Source of the DNA: Chiloscyllium plagiosum
Lineage: Eukaryota
DNA: 64,000 nt
Assembly: GCF_004010195.1 (NCBI RefSeq)
Contig: NC_057741.1
Coordinates: forward strand, 17,773,899 to 17,837,898
Reading direction: 5' to 3'
The notes below the pieces were generated by a model, which was not told the DNA's origin, made no database searches, and saw only the letters and a list, made by a program, of their open reading frames with translations. Below, piece by piece: positions 35,015 through 48,885 of the stretch (positions within the stretch are counted from its first letter, which is position 1; every line of letters begins with the position of its first letter). A program made the translations under genes and the position numbers.

Positions 35015-37699
35015 TTGGTGACAGTCCATGACATATATATATCCATGACATTATTTCATTTCACCGCCTCTATTTAAGACTAACATACACAGATGGGCCA
35101 ACAAATGGAATCTGCTAGAAAGAGATAATAAAGGAATTCAAGTTAACTGCTTGAACAATTGTAACGCTAAATGTTTCTCACTGAGACATTATTGTTTCTG
35201 TCCCACAAATATTACAGGAGTCATTGCAGATCAGTGAGCACACTGGACCAGAACTTGATGGAAGTTAGAATATGAGCAACACAGTTTTGAATAAAGTTAG
35301 AGGTGGAAGATGGGAAACTAGTCAGAAGAAATTGCACTAGTCAGTCAAATCAGTTGAAGGTAGCAAAGGAGAAGATTTCAGAATGAAATTAAGTGCAATT
35401 TATATGGATTGGAGAAATTTTACTGAGGTACACATCAGCTTTTATTGTCACAAAGGGATATGGAGCCAGAAGTTAAATTCAGACTCAAATAAGCAGCAAA
35501 GTTGCTTCGTTCAGCATCAATGGTTAGGGAACAGGGTTTGTGGCATATCAAAGACAATGTCTCTCAAACATTTAGTCGGAGGAAATATTGCTCACTTTGG
35601 ACAACTCTGAACAGAATTGGGGAGTGGTGCTGACATGTATAAATGATATTTAGCTTGCTGTGTGAAACTTGATGTCATGTTTTGAGGTGATGTTTCCAAG
35701 GGACAGCAATAAGATGAGAAATGATGGGAAAACCCACCTAGCTGAACAGCAGAGGAGATGTATTGGAGGAAGATGGTGCAGTCAACTGTACATGAGTATG
35801 TATAGAAACAATAAGATGGAATAATACACTATGATCACAATCATGAAGGATGTAGTTAGTCATTTTGAATAGAGTTGCTCCAATACTGTAGTAGGGTTGG
35901 AGACTAGATTGGAAGGCTTGTTGGCAGATTTGAAAGGTTGGGTATACAACCTGAGAATATTACATATTATATTAAGTATGTAAAATGCAAATAAGCATGA
36001 CAACTTAAAGCTAATAGGTATTTTCTAGTGGAAAAAAGTAAAGTTTATGAGAAACAAGTGCATATCATTCAACCCCACGATTCAACCATTCAATTAAACA
36101 AGGGCTGATTTGAAAATTAACTCCATGTCTGTATCCCTTAAAATGTTTGGCTCCCAAAAATTGGGAAATTGCAGTTCTTAAATTTTCATTTGACCTCACC
36201 ACAACCAGTTTTTGAATGAGAGAGTTCCAGTTTTCAACCACCATTTTGCTGAAGCAGGGTTTTTGACATAATCGCTGAACCTGTATTTTTAAGAGTATAG
36301 AAAATTAAACTACTTCAATTTTTTATAAAATCTCTGGTAGGTGGATGACTTAAATATTAACCAAAAGGCCAAAAAAAGCAATATAATCTTTTTGCATGTA
36401 ACACACTTACTGCAGAATCTCAATTGATTATGAGTCAACTGTGAGGGCGTACAGCAACAGATGCCATGGCTGTCCCTGTGATTATCCTATTATCAAGCAG
36501 TAAAACCACAACTGAGGTCACAAGATAAAAAGAAACCTGGTTCCCCATTCTAGTTCTACAGCATCCTCACACACAAAATAACTTATAACATCAGTACAAA
36601 TCAAAAGTTTATTGTTCTTACCACTCTACCATCCCCTATCCCACACAAAAAGTATAAACCAAGACTGTCACTGGTAATTTTGCTTTCTGATGTTTGGCAA
36701 TTCTACATTTTCTGAAAAGGTTGGGGGGGGGAAAATAAAATACCACATTTTAACATAAGTAGAGATTAGCAGGAAAGACATTTGAGCATCGTTGATGATT
36801 TGCTCTTGTTGTACATAAATTCAACTTATCTTTCCACAACAGAATTCACAGTCCTGTGTTGAAAACCTTTCTATTAATGTAACCAATATAATCCTGCTGG
36901 AATATTATTCTGAAGCTTGTGCACACAGGCAGGTTGAATACACTCGGCCTCTACCCATGTAAATGGAGCAAGAAACATGATCATGTTGAATCTGCCCATC
37001 TTTGCAAACTGAAGAACAGTGTATCCACCATTAATGGTGATTCTGCTGTCAGAAATTATTCTTTAACTAATCTACTTTGTGCTAAGAATTACACCAGAAA
37101 CCAATTTAAGATCATCAGTTGAACTTGCACCATGATGCATTTGTATGTGCAGGAAGCTATGCATATTAATACTCAGGGCCCTGTTTTATGTAGGCAAGAG
37201 GAATATCCTATGTCCATTGCATCTTTACCGTGGAAAATTAAACAAAAGTCATGCAAACAGCAAATCTCTGCTGTATTCCCATGGAAAACCCCAATGAAGC
37301 AATTACTTGTCTGAGAACTGAGATTGACAATTAACTGTTCTTGATGCAAATCCATGTCAATGATGGCCCAACCAATCAGTATCCTCTTCCCATTCTATGT
37401 CAATTGTTATCACTTTCTTTCAGATTTGTTTCTTGTCTCCTTGACCAAATGAGGAGTGCAATGAAAACAAATTTTGATTTTTTGACTCTGTTTAACAAAA
37501 TATGTTATGAATATCTGTTGGATTCTTCAATAGCACAGAAATTACACCCAGTTTCTTAAATTAAGGAAATTAAACATGAATTGCCTTATACAAAAACCTG
37601 CATCAAGTAGAACATCCTGTGGGAGGAAAATTCTCACCAGTTGAGTGAAAATTTTGCCATTGGTTAAATACCATTGTATACTTAGTTTATGCATAGCTA

Positions 37700-38365
37700 T
37701 ACAGGTCCACAGATCCCTGTAGGTGGCAACACAGGTGGATAAGGTGTCAAGAAGGCATACAGCACGCTTGTCTTCATTGGCTAGGGCATCAAATATAAAA
37801 GCTGGCACAGGTGTACAAAACTTTAGTTAGGCCACATTTGGAATTTTGCATGCAGTTCTGATCATCACACTACCAGAAGGACATGGATGCTTTGAAGAAG
37901 GTGCAGAGAAGGTTTACCAGGATGTTGCCTGAACTGGAGGGTTTCAGTTTTGAGGAGAGGTTAGGTAAACTCAAATTGTTATCACTGTAAAGATAGAGGC
38001 TGAGGGGCGACCTGATAGAGAGACAAAATTATGAGAGACATAGATAGGGTGGATAGTCAGAGGCTTTTTCCAAGGGTGGAAAGGTCAACTACAAGATAGC
38101 ACAAATTTAAGGGGAGAGGGAGAAAATTTAGGGGAGAAGTGCAGGCAAAAACTTTCACACAGATAGTGGTGAGCACTTGGAATGCAATGCAATGCCAGTG
38201 GAGGTGGGGGGATGTAGGCATATTAGCAATGTTTATGGCATATCTTGAGAGACACATGAACATGAACAGAAAGATAGATACTGAACATCAGCAAGAAGTA
38301 GTCAGTCTAAATAAAAATTGGGAATCAGTGTAGCCTGGGTGGGACGAAGGGCCTGTTCCTGTGCT
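37700..38365 (+). mobile_element. CR1 3' fragment
   Basis: caggtccacagatccctg..caggtggataaggtg..gtgcagagaaggtttaccaggatgttgcc; CR1 3' UTR. Confidence 0.8.
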
Positions 38366-40121
38366 TTATTATATTATATTGTATTAAGGCTAATTCCACC
38401 ATGACTGCCTTGGGTTCCTCCCATCTCACCATCACACTTAACTCAACACTGCTCCCACCTCATTACTATTGCTGTTAAAACAAGCAGCAACACATCCAAT
38501 AGGATCAATAAAATGCACACTCATATTCTGATCCAGAGGTATGTTACTCAAAAGAAATGTTCACATGAAACAGGCATTAAGGCTTTTACAAACACAAACA
38601 AAGAGTTTTACCTCTGTTTGATACTCCTTCTGTGGCCTGTGCATTCAGGTCCACAGAGGTACCTCTGAAAAGGTATCAAATATGGGAACTAGGTTGCCAT
38701 TTTTTCATATACGAAGTTGACTTAGGTGATTGCAGACCAATAATTCCTTCTTTAATCCCATGTTAAGTGATTGGATCTAATATCAGATGTAAAAGACGTC
38801 ATGCACAATAATAACTTTAATAATGGCTATCAATGCAGATTCAGGAAAGACCCTGCCTAGCCAACATCACAACTTTTCAGACGTGCCATTTCAAGCAGTC
38901 ATTGTGTTGTACCCAGACTATCAGATGGTACATTATAATAGTCTTCACAAATGTCTGTAGGCAGATTTTAACCCAGCATTCCAGGCAGGAATAAGCCACA
39001 TAAGAAGTTAAAACCTTTCTACAGGTACCTCTGCGCAAAACTGTCATGAATAGGATACAAATTTGGATCCTGCATAGCTTATAACAACACAAATTGAAAG
39101 TAATTCCCCAGTAAAAAACTAAGCTCAGGGTCATCAAGCTACAATGTTAAATAACGTTTCAGGAACTGCAAGCCTCAAATCAGTGGAGTCTGGGTGTTCT
39201 TGAGAATGTTGGAGAACTGGAGTTGGGTATTAACTTGTCATATTTATTATTGGTTGGTTTTGGGGAGAAAATGTGTTGGTAGTTACTTCAGAGGGGGAGT
39301 TATTGCTAGTGTTATGATTTGCTATGATAGGAACAAAGTACAATCTTCTCATGAGCCACTAAGAGTTGACTTTGTCATTGCTTGTGTACAGTAGTTTTGC
39401 AGTAAGAGGGCAGAATCCATCTCACCCTTTTACCTCTCAAGACAAATTTCCAAGCAAGGTCTTTGAATGGGAAGCATCAGATAATTTGTCAGTAATGTAA
39501 TTAATTATTTTAAAGTTACATTTTTTTCAACAAATATATTTTTCCAGCATTTATGCCAACACATTGCTGGTTCAAACAGCCACCAAAATGAAGGGATTAG
39601 CCAGAGTTTCTAGAAGATTGTAGTCTACATCGGGCATCTGAAGAGCAATATAGTTTGATGTTCAGGCTATTTGTATTGTCTGTTTGCCATTAAGGAGACT
39701 TTGTGCCAAATAGTTTACTGCTTTTACTATTCTATGGTCATTTTGTTTCACAGGGATGCAGAAACAGCATTTCATCATTTGAAGTAATATTTGACTCAAG
39801 TAAAGTAAGCAACAGAGGTCAGCAAGCAGCAGATTGTGTTTGCAGACCTTAGCGTACCATCCTCATCAAGTCAACTGCCTTGGCTTAGTCAGGATTAGCA
39901 GGAACCAGTTGCTATCATCTGAATCATGCATATCTTCTACCAACTTGTGACATAAATATAGCACTGGCATTGTTTGCCAAGGTTACCACTGCCTCTATTT
40001 TTGTTTGCTCTAGCTCGTAACTAACAGCATAATGTGCTGCACACATATGTAACAAACAGGTGATAGATGCAAGTCAATATGGCAAGTAAATTCAATTTAT
40101 TCAGTGTACTATATTGGTTTA

Positions 40122-40860
40122 ATAAAACAAAGAACTGCAGATTCTGGAAATCTGAAACTAAAACAGAATGTGTTAGATAAACTCAGCAGATCTGGTAGCA
40201 TCTGTAGAGAGAAAGCAGAATTAGTATTCCAAGGTAACCCTTCATCAGAATGAAAATGACTGGGAAAGGATGAAATCTTTGCTGATGACATCGGGTGCAG
40301 TTTTATGTGTGAGGTGAGGGATGCAGGAATGAATAGACGACATGGACACCATGTAGAAAGAGAGAGAGAGAGAGAGAGACAGAGCGAGAGAGAGAGAGAG
40401 AAGAAAGAAAAAGGAGAGGCAAATAAAAGGATTGCTGATGATAAAATGAGAGGGAGATAAATGCTAGGGTGTGGTGTTAACATGAAATATGAATGGTTGA
40501 AAACAACTTGGCTGTGCTGAGATTAAACAATGCAGAATGGGACCTGGAGTGGAGGGGGGTAGGGGGAGTGAATTTGGGGAGAGGAGGGGTAATGAAGTTA
40601 AACTCAACTTTGAGTCCTCAATGCTATAGGGTACCTAGGCATATGAGATATTGTTCCTGCAGCCTGAGTTGAGTTTTGCTGGAACACTGCAGCAGGCCTG
40701 AGGCTGAAATGTTTGCATGGGAACATGGTGGTGTATTGAAATGGCAGGCAACAGGAAACTCAATCATCTTTACAGACAGAATGCAGATGTTCTGCAAAGT
40801 GGTCACCCAGCCTGTACTTTGTCTACCCAATATAGAGAAGAAAATATTGTGAACAATGAA
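40122..40860 (-). mobile_element. Old PLE 3' remnant (GIY-YIG C-terminus and terminus) containing a (GA)n microsatellite at ~40358-40400
   Basis: FPVACHFN..CSHANISASGLLQC...RLQEQYLI.LGTL; degenerate CUGAUGA-A-GGG at ~40238-40248. Confidence 0.7.
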
Positions 40861-40861
40861 T

Positions 40862-41830
40862 AGAACATACACATAGAACAGTACAGCACAAGGAATAGGC
40901 CCTTTGGCCTACCATGTCTGTGCTGACCATGGTGCTGTTATAAAATAATCCCATCTGCCTGCATATGGTGTATATCCCTCTATTCCTTGCCTGTTCATGT
41001 GTCTGTCTAAATACCTCTTAAAGTTTGTCAATGCATCTGCTTCTACCACTTTCCCTGACAGTTCATTCAAACCACCTACCAACCTCTGTGAGAAAAACTT
41101 GCCTCACACATCTTCTTGAAACTTTTCCCTCTCACCTTAAACCTACGCCCCCTAGTATTTGACATTTCCACCCTGGGAAAGAGACTCCAACTATCCAACC
41201 TATCCATGCCTCTCGTAATTTTATATACTTTCGCTCCTCAGACACTTGAGCAAAAACAATTCAAATTTGTCCAACGTCTCCTTAAGGCTAATACACTTCA
41301 ATCCAGGCAACATCCTGGTAAACTTATTCTGTACCCTCTCGAAAACCTCCACATCATTTCTGTAGTGCGGCAACCACAACTGTGTATACTATTCTAAATG
41401 TGGCCTGACCAAAGTCCTATATAACTGTAACATGACATACCAATTTTATTCTCAATGTCTTGACTGATGGAGGCAAGCTTGCCTTCTTTACCACGTGCAT
41501 AGCCACTTTCACGGAGCTATGGACTTGGATCCCAAGAACGCTCTGTATATCAATGCTCCTAAGGGTTTGGCCATTTACTGTATATTTTCCTCTTGCATTT
41601 GAGCTCCTAAAATGCTTCACACTTGTGCAGATGGACCTCTATTGCACTTTCTCAATGGCAACTATATTCTTCCTTGGATAAGAATCACCAAACTTTGTAC
41701 ACAGGTGAGATCTCACCAAAAGTCTATACAATTCCCATAAGACATATTTACTTCTGTACTCAGATCCACCTGCAGTGAAGGTGTACATTCCATTTGCTTT
41801 CCTTAGTAACTGTTGCATGTCCAAGTTGGC
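40862..41830 (-). mobile_element. CR1 3' fragments (two pieces)
   Basis: acatagaacagtacagcac 3' tail; QQLLRKANGM, LYRLLVRSHL, IVAIEKVQ. Confidence 0.75.
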
Positions 41831-42084
41831 TGTTCAGCTCTCTTAATCACATTCATGGGAGTATAGATCAATCAACACAAAAATCATTTTTATGTAGGGT
41901 AATGATAATTAGCTCAATTGGCTGGATGGTTGGTTTGCAGTGCAAAGTGATGATAGCAGTGTGGTTTTAATTCTTGTCTCTGCTGAGATTACAATGCATA
42001 TCCCACCTTCTCAACCTTGCCCCTTGCCTAAAGCATGGTGACCACTACCAGTTGTCTCTTACTAGACTCATTCCGAACAGAACA

Positions 42085-42838
42085 AGGCATTTGGCACACT
42101 TGATTTCACTGGGTGATAGCATTGAATATAGCAGTTGGGATGCCATGTTATGGCTATACAAGACATTTGTTAGGCCATTTTTAGAATACTGCGTTCAATT
42201 CTAGTCACACTTCCATTGGAGGATATTGTTAAACTGGAGAGGGCACAGAAAAGATTTACGTGGATGTTGCCTGCACTGGAGGATTAGAGCTATAGGGATA
42301 GGATAGACAGGCTGGGGCTTTTTCCCCTGGAGCATCAGTGGCTGAGAGGTGACCTGATAGAGACATATAAAATCATAAGGGGCATGGATAGGGTGAATAG
42401 CCAATCTTTTTCCTAGGGTGAGTGGGGTCCAAAATTAGAGGTGAGAGGAGAAAGATTTAAAAGATCTAAAAGGTAAATTTAAAACATTTGGAAGAGGAAA
42501 GATTTCTGCTGCACAGAACTCATCTCTTCCTATTTCAACACAGTTTTTTCTCCCCTTGACCAGTTCCTGCCCACTTACATCTGCGGAGTTCTGAGGAAGG
42601 GTCACTGGACCCGAAACATTAACTCTGATTTCTCTCCACAGATGCTGCCAGACCAGCTGAGCTTTTCCGACAATTTCAGTTTTTGTTTAAAAAGGACCGG
42701 AGGGCTAACCTTTTCACATAGAGGGTGATGCATGTGTGGAATGAACTGCCAGAGGTAGGTGGAGATGGATAAAATTACAACATTTACAAGGCACCTGGAA
42801 GGGTCTATGACTGGAAGGGTTTAGAGGGATATTGGACA
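42085..42838 (+). mobile_element. CR1 3' fragment with nested PLE terminus (~42480-42690)
   Basis: IEYSSWDAMLWLYKTFVRPFLEYCVQF; CR1 UTR resumes at ~42690. Confidence 0.75.
42586..42625 (+). ncRNA. Minimal hammerhead ribozyme-like motif (PLE), palindrome decayed
   Basis: GAGUU-CUGAGGA-A-GGGUC-ACUG-GACCC-GAA-ACAU-U-AACUC; stems I and II fully paired; ACGU changed to ACAU by a CpG transition. Confidence 0.6.
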
Positions 42839-43133
42839 GGGAAAGTGGGTCTCTAGTGACTTTACCTTTGACATTTCAGAGAGCACTGTTCTTGAAACCA
42901 CAGGAAATGCAAAAGGAAAACAATGCAAATGTTTCAGAAAAAGACATCCAGGCTTCTTTTGTTTCAATGAGATCCATCTTCTTATTGAAAAATAGTTTGA
43001 AAAATTTGAAAACAAATTTGTAACATTTTATTGATATTATGAAGAAAACCTTTGGGCATCTCCATTATTTCTCATGTGGTAGTAGTGTGGAATTTGAGAA
43101 ATTGCTGTTAATAAAGGTTAAAGTACAATTTAA

Positions 43134-45208
43134 GGTTGTAAGTTTACTCGCTGAGCTGGCATGTTTGTTTTCAAGTGTTTCGTCACTATGCATGGTAAGC
43201 CTCCGATGAAGCACTGGTGTTCTGTCCGGCTTTCTATTTATGTGACTTGGTCTCTTAATGTGAGTGATATCAATTCTGGTTCTTTTTTTCAGAGGTTGGT
43301 AAATGGGGTCCGAATCAATGTGTTTATTGATGGAGTTCTGGTTTGACTGCCAGGCCTCTCAGAATTCGCGTGCATATCTCTGTTTAACCTGTCCTAAGAT
43401 GGATGTGTTGTCCTTCGTCTGTATGTAAGGATATTAATGATAATAGGTCATGTCCTTTGGTGGCTAGACACAGAAAAGGCTGTCCTAGTAAGAGGGATGA
43501 ACTACAACGACAGAGATATGGACAAAAAGGATTTCTTAGCAGTATTAGAATCAACCCTGAAAGACAATGGACTCACAGAAGAAACCCACCAGACCATCAA
43601 ACAAACAGGTGCACAGGAAGGAGGAAGGAGACATCCTCAACACACAGGAAAGGAAAGCCCTAGAAGGACTCAGAAAAGACAGAAACCTCATAATTCTACC
43701 TGCAGAGAAAGGGCGTATGACCGCCATCCAAAACAAAACACAATACATTGAAAAGGTGAACTCACTTCTGCCAGATACTGATACCCACCAACAGGTGATG
43801 ATAGACTCAACTCCACAGCTAGAATTCCTGAATATCAAAGACACCAAGATAGAAAAGGACAAAATAATGATCTCCTTTGACATAAACACCCTATTCTCAT
43901 CAACTAACATCAATCTGGCCAAAGAGGCACTGACCGCACTACGAGATGAACCAAGGACATAAACACCAGACAGCACCAATTCCAACAGCAAGGACAGCAT
44001 CCTCAAGCTAGTAGACCTGTGCCTCACTACCCACTTCACCTTCAATGACAAGACCCACAAATAAATCAATGGAACACCCATGCGATCACCAGTATCAAGC
44101 TTCTTAGCAGAAGCAGTAATGCAGAGACTTGAACAAACAGCCAACCTCACGATTCAATCCAAACTTTGGGTCTACTACGTAGATGAGACCTTTGTCATCA
44201 CAAAATGGAACAAAATAGAGGAAACCTACAACATCCTTATTGGCATAAATTTCATAAAAGAGGAGGAGAACAACAACAGATTCCCCAACCTAGATGTCAC
44301 AGTGGAACAAACAGTTAATGCAGCCCAGCGTCTACAGGAAAGCAATACACACAAACCAAATACTCAACTACAGAAGCAATCATCCCAACACCCACAAATG
44401 GAGCTGCATCAGGACATTATTTAAATGGGCTACAATACCCTGCAGCACCCAGGAACTATAAGCAGAAGAAAAATACCTATACAGCGTATTCAAGAAGAAC
44501 GGGTAGCCCACCAATTCTTAAAAACAACAAACCCAAACAAATAGACACAACATGCCTAGAAACTCTAGCCACACTATCATACATAAAAGACATCTTGGAG
44601 ATGACTACAAGGTTACTCCAACCCCTTGGCATCATGGTAGCCCACAACGCTGCCAACACACTGAAACAGCTACTGACGAACCTAAAGGATCCTATACCAA
44701 CCAGCAAAACGAAAGTCATTTACAAAATACCATGCAAGGACTGTAACAAATACTACATTGGACAGTCAGACAGAAAACTTGCCACCAGGATACACCAACA
44801 CGAACTAGCCACCAAAAGACATGACCCACTATCACTAGTATCCTTAAATACAGATGAAGAAGGACACCACTTCAACTGGGGCACCACATATCCTAGGACA
44901 GGTTAAACGGAGACACACACGGGAATTTCTAGAGGCCTGGTGTTCAAACTGGAACTCCATCAATAAATACAACAACTTGGACCCTATATACCAACCTCTG
45001 AGAAAAAGTACTGGAAATGATATCACCCACCTTAAGAGACCAAGACACATAAATAGAGAGCGGGACAGAATACCAGCGTTTCACCGGAGGCTCACTGATG
45101 ATGTTACCTAGCATGGTGATGAAACACCCGAAAACAAACCTGCCAGCTCAGTGAGCAAACTTACAACCTGAACCTCAATCTGGGCTACAAATCCTCTCAA
45201 AAATTGCT
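43134..45208 (+). mobile_element. Penelope-like retroelement (RT + GIY-YIG, degenerate) with inverted 5' pseudo-LTR and 11-bp TSD
   Basis: IILPAEKGRMT, MISFDINTLF, GTPMRSPVS..LAE..MQRLE, YVDETFVI, VIYKIPCKDCNKYYIGQS.RKLATRI.QH; 43134-43467 is an inverted copy of 44805-45168; TSD GTACAATTTAA at 43123-43133 and 45209-45219; hammerhead remnant at 45092-45132. Confidence 0.92.
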
Positions 45209-45458
45209 GTACAATTTAAAATTAAAAAATCAAACTTATTGGGTCATTAAGTATAGATGATAAAATATTGAACAGAGTAATCTGAAGAAACTTTAAATCA
45301 ACAATCCTTCTAAGAGATGGTTACACTCTTCTTTATCATACTAGGTCATAATTAAAAGAGAATGTTACATCTAAAAGAAGAGACAAAGTAATTGTGAAGT
45401 TGACTGTTCAGCAGAACTAGTTATGGACTCAGGGTACAACAATTGCCAACTTTAAGTA

Positions 45459-45625
45459 CAGTTGGTTCTGGTATAACATGATTTTTCGTTCTCATGCAAT
45501 CTTGCATTATAAGAAAATGCAATAGCCACAATAGGGCTGGAATTGCATTATCACCAATACAGGTAAGGAAGGCTTGCATTCTACAACTAACAGTCTAAAT
45601 TCTTCAATCGCATTAAAGCCAAGTA
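45459..45625. mobile_element. Tigger-like MITE fragment
   Basis: TA|CAGTTGGTTCTGGTATAAC start related to the MITE TIRs at 3558 and 19062. Confidence 0.5.
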
Positions 45626-46935
45626 CTGGATTTAAATACAATGATGAAACACGCTGAAGTCAAGAATGACTTCACAGCAAGTAAAACATTAAAAGTCATT
45701 TCAAGAGATTTTATGTATGCTAAGTGCCCATTCTTAGTTGATCCAACACCTAAATATGAAGTTAGTCAACTTTAGAGTGCTTCACACATCAATTTTCCAG
45801 ACACATGTACTAATATAGCTGGATTCCTAATCTTTTCAGGGTGGAAAAGAGAAATGTTGTTGTTTCATTTCGTGAGCTGAGAAAATAAAGTTGTTAAAAA
45901 ATACTTTCTTTTACTGTGACACTGGCTGCTTTGGAGAAAGTGGATAGGGGATTCGATTTGTGAAACCTATATGGGGTGTACTGAAAGTAGCATGTTTACA
46001 GGCAATTAGGGTGAGCAGCATGTAGGTCATTGGTAGTCATTCGCATCCCGTGAAAGAATAAAAAAAAACAAATACTCATTGAATATTATACAGGCTTGTG
46101 AGATAGTGTACACCTCATACAAAATGTTAGTGAGAAAAAATTGTGGAGCAGCCTTACTGGCTTGAAACAAATGCCAAAGAAAGGAAATCTCACTTAAAGT
46201 CATGTAAGTCATCAACTTTCTGATTACAGTTTGAGATTGCTTATCAAGGGTGAGCAGCACATGTGAACAGGTTTATAGAGGGCATTTTCTTTTTACACAC
46301 AATCTCCAACCATAATACAATTACCTTGTCAGCTGACGAAAGAATGCAATCTTTGCAGATGTATATTCTCAGTTACTGCAAGCTCTGTGCAAATACTGAC
46401 CCTGGCTATCATCATCTTTGGGGAAGATCAGCTACTATGTATTTTGAAAGAGATCCTGGAGTACCACTCAGAACAAACCTCTCTCATACCATAAACTCTG
46501 GTTCATGTCTTTACATTGAGGCTTTCTCTGTTTTAAAATTGTCACTTTTTCTCTCTCGCAGCCTTCAGAATTGCTAACAACAATTTTATCACAAAAGGTG
46601 GCCACACTAAAGATCTGTTAGCATTTCAATCACACCATGTTAAAAAGTAACCACGGTTATTTATTTGGTGATTCTGAATGTGCTGCTTAATTGAAGTAAC
46701 AGAGAACATTGTGAATGTCCAGTTGAGGGGTGGTTGTGTGGAAATGAGCCTAGTTCGGGTGGTTAGATGCATCTAAATGGGAACAGATGAATGAGTATTT
46801 GGGACAAGGAATTTACAAGACATGCACCATTTAATTCAATGATGACTTATCAAACATTTTAAGACATCCAACAAATTGCTTTTTTAAAGTAACTGAAAGT
46901 AATCAAGAATCCCTAAAAACCAAGTGAATTAGACT

Positions 46936-47224
46936 AGATTGGATTAGATTTCCTACAGTATGGAAACGGGCCATTTGACCCAACAAGTCCACACTGACCC
47001 TCCGAAGAGTAACCCACCCTGACCCATTCCCCTACTCTATATTTACCCCGACTAATGCACCCAACACTATGAGCAATTTAGCATGGCCAATTGGATTGTG
47101 GGAGGAAACTGGAACACCCGGAGGAAACCCATGCAGGCACGGAGAGATCGTGGCTCAAGGCAGGAATCGAACCTGGGTCCCTGGCACTGTGCGGCAGCAG
47201 TGTTAACCACTGAGCCACTGTGCC
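46936..47224 (-). mobile_element. HE1-type SINE
   Basis: agattggattagatt tail ... taaccactgagccactgtgcc head. Confidence 0.85.
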
Positions 47225-48594
47225 GACTTACTCAATGATTGAGTATACACAGTTCTCTAGGAAGGTATTCTTTAAGATATACCACAAAAATGAAAGTACT
47301 TATTGCATGCTGCACTGTAACGCATAAATTAATCTCAGCAGTTATGATAAAATTGCCAATAGTAGATCCTCTAGCACCAATCTGCTAGGCTAATTGGAGT
47401 ACCAACAAGCACCCATAACCAATGAAATATATATGATCAATGGACCCAAAAATTCAGCACAAGCCTGCGATTGGAAGGGATCATTGTTGTGGCCTTTACA
47501 TGCAAGATCCTAGTCATTCAATCGTTGCCAAAGCAACATTTTTTTTTCCAATGCAGAGTTGTCTCCCTCTCTGTGGCAGTCACTTGAGACTATGGAGATC
47601 ATTATTCCACCCTGCATATTAGTCTCCAGTCCCAACTCAGGCCTTGATTGATGAGGGGATGACAACTCCAAAACAAATACTGTGGTGTCCCTCACATTAT
47701 TGGCCTTTTGAGGGGTGGGTGGAGGCTTTTGCCTCTTACAAAGCTGACTGGAAATCTCAGAATCACAAATGCATCCTTGCCATTTTCTTATAACCTATGT
47801 TGGATTCTGGCCAGGGATACATAGGAATTCAGTTGAATCAGATAAGGAAATTTGGGGTACAGTTACAATACATTCCATTTTAAGAACATGGGAACAGCAG
47901 TAGGCTATTCAGCCCTTTAAATATGCCTTGCCATTCTAGACTGTGGTTGATCATTTCCTTCATGCCTTTTTCTCACATTACCTCCATATTGCTTAATGTC
48001 ATTCATCTCCAAAAACCTATTGATATCTATCTTTAACTTACTCTATGACTGAGCATACTCAGTTCTCTGGGTAGGTATTCTTAAAGATGAAAGTACTTAT
48101 TGCATACTGCACTGTAACATGTAAAATGAATATAAAAGTTCATCATCATAAACCATTGCCTTTCATTTATATCTCTCAGAGAACTAGAGGTAAAATGGGA
48201 AGAGAGACTTTTAATCTTATGGCAAAGAATGAACAATGGCATCTCATTTTACTTGTTTCTCAATTATTCATAATTATAAGTCTTTAAACTGAAAATTTAA
48301 CAAAAAAGTAAACAAAGAATGCATTTCATAGGAAGGAACTCTTGTGATTCAATGTATTGGATCCTGCCTCTGAGCCATACGCAAGGGTGCAGTCCCACTT
48401 CAGGACTTGATGGCTAAGGAATGTGTGTTAACAATGCAGCCAAACAGATTAAGTATCGACTTGTAAATCCTTCTAACATGTGCAAAGACTGACAGTAAAA
48501 GCAGAAGAGAAATTCCTATACAGACATGTGTTGGAAGGAAATTGGAACTTCTATTAATCATTATCCTGGTCTACAACCTGCATGTAAAATTGCT

Positions 48595-48885
48595 ATTTAG
48601 ACAGCACCTTCTAAACTCACAATCACTACCATCAGGAAGGATAAGGGCAGCAGACACATGGGAACACCAGCACCTGCAAGTTCCCCTCCAAGTCACTCAT
48701 CATTCTCACTTGAAAATATATCGCCTTCCTTCAGTGTCGCTAGGTTAAAATCTTGGAACTCCCTCCCTGAAGGGATTGTGAATGTACCAACACCAAATGG
48801 ACTGCAGCAGTTCAAGAAAATAGCTCATGCCCACATTCTCAAGGGCAACTAGATGTGGGAAATAGGTGCTGGCACAGCCAGTGGG
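48595..48885 (+). mobile_element. CR1-like LINE 3' end
   Basis: KSWNSLPEGIV..PTPNGLQQFKK; tail ttctcaagggcaactagatg. Confidence 0.7.

Noticed and set aside
43551-44150. 199-aa minus-strand ORF
   Set aside because: Antisense shadow of the Penelope RT region
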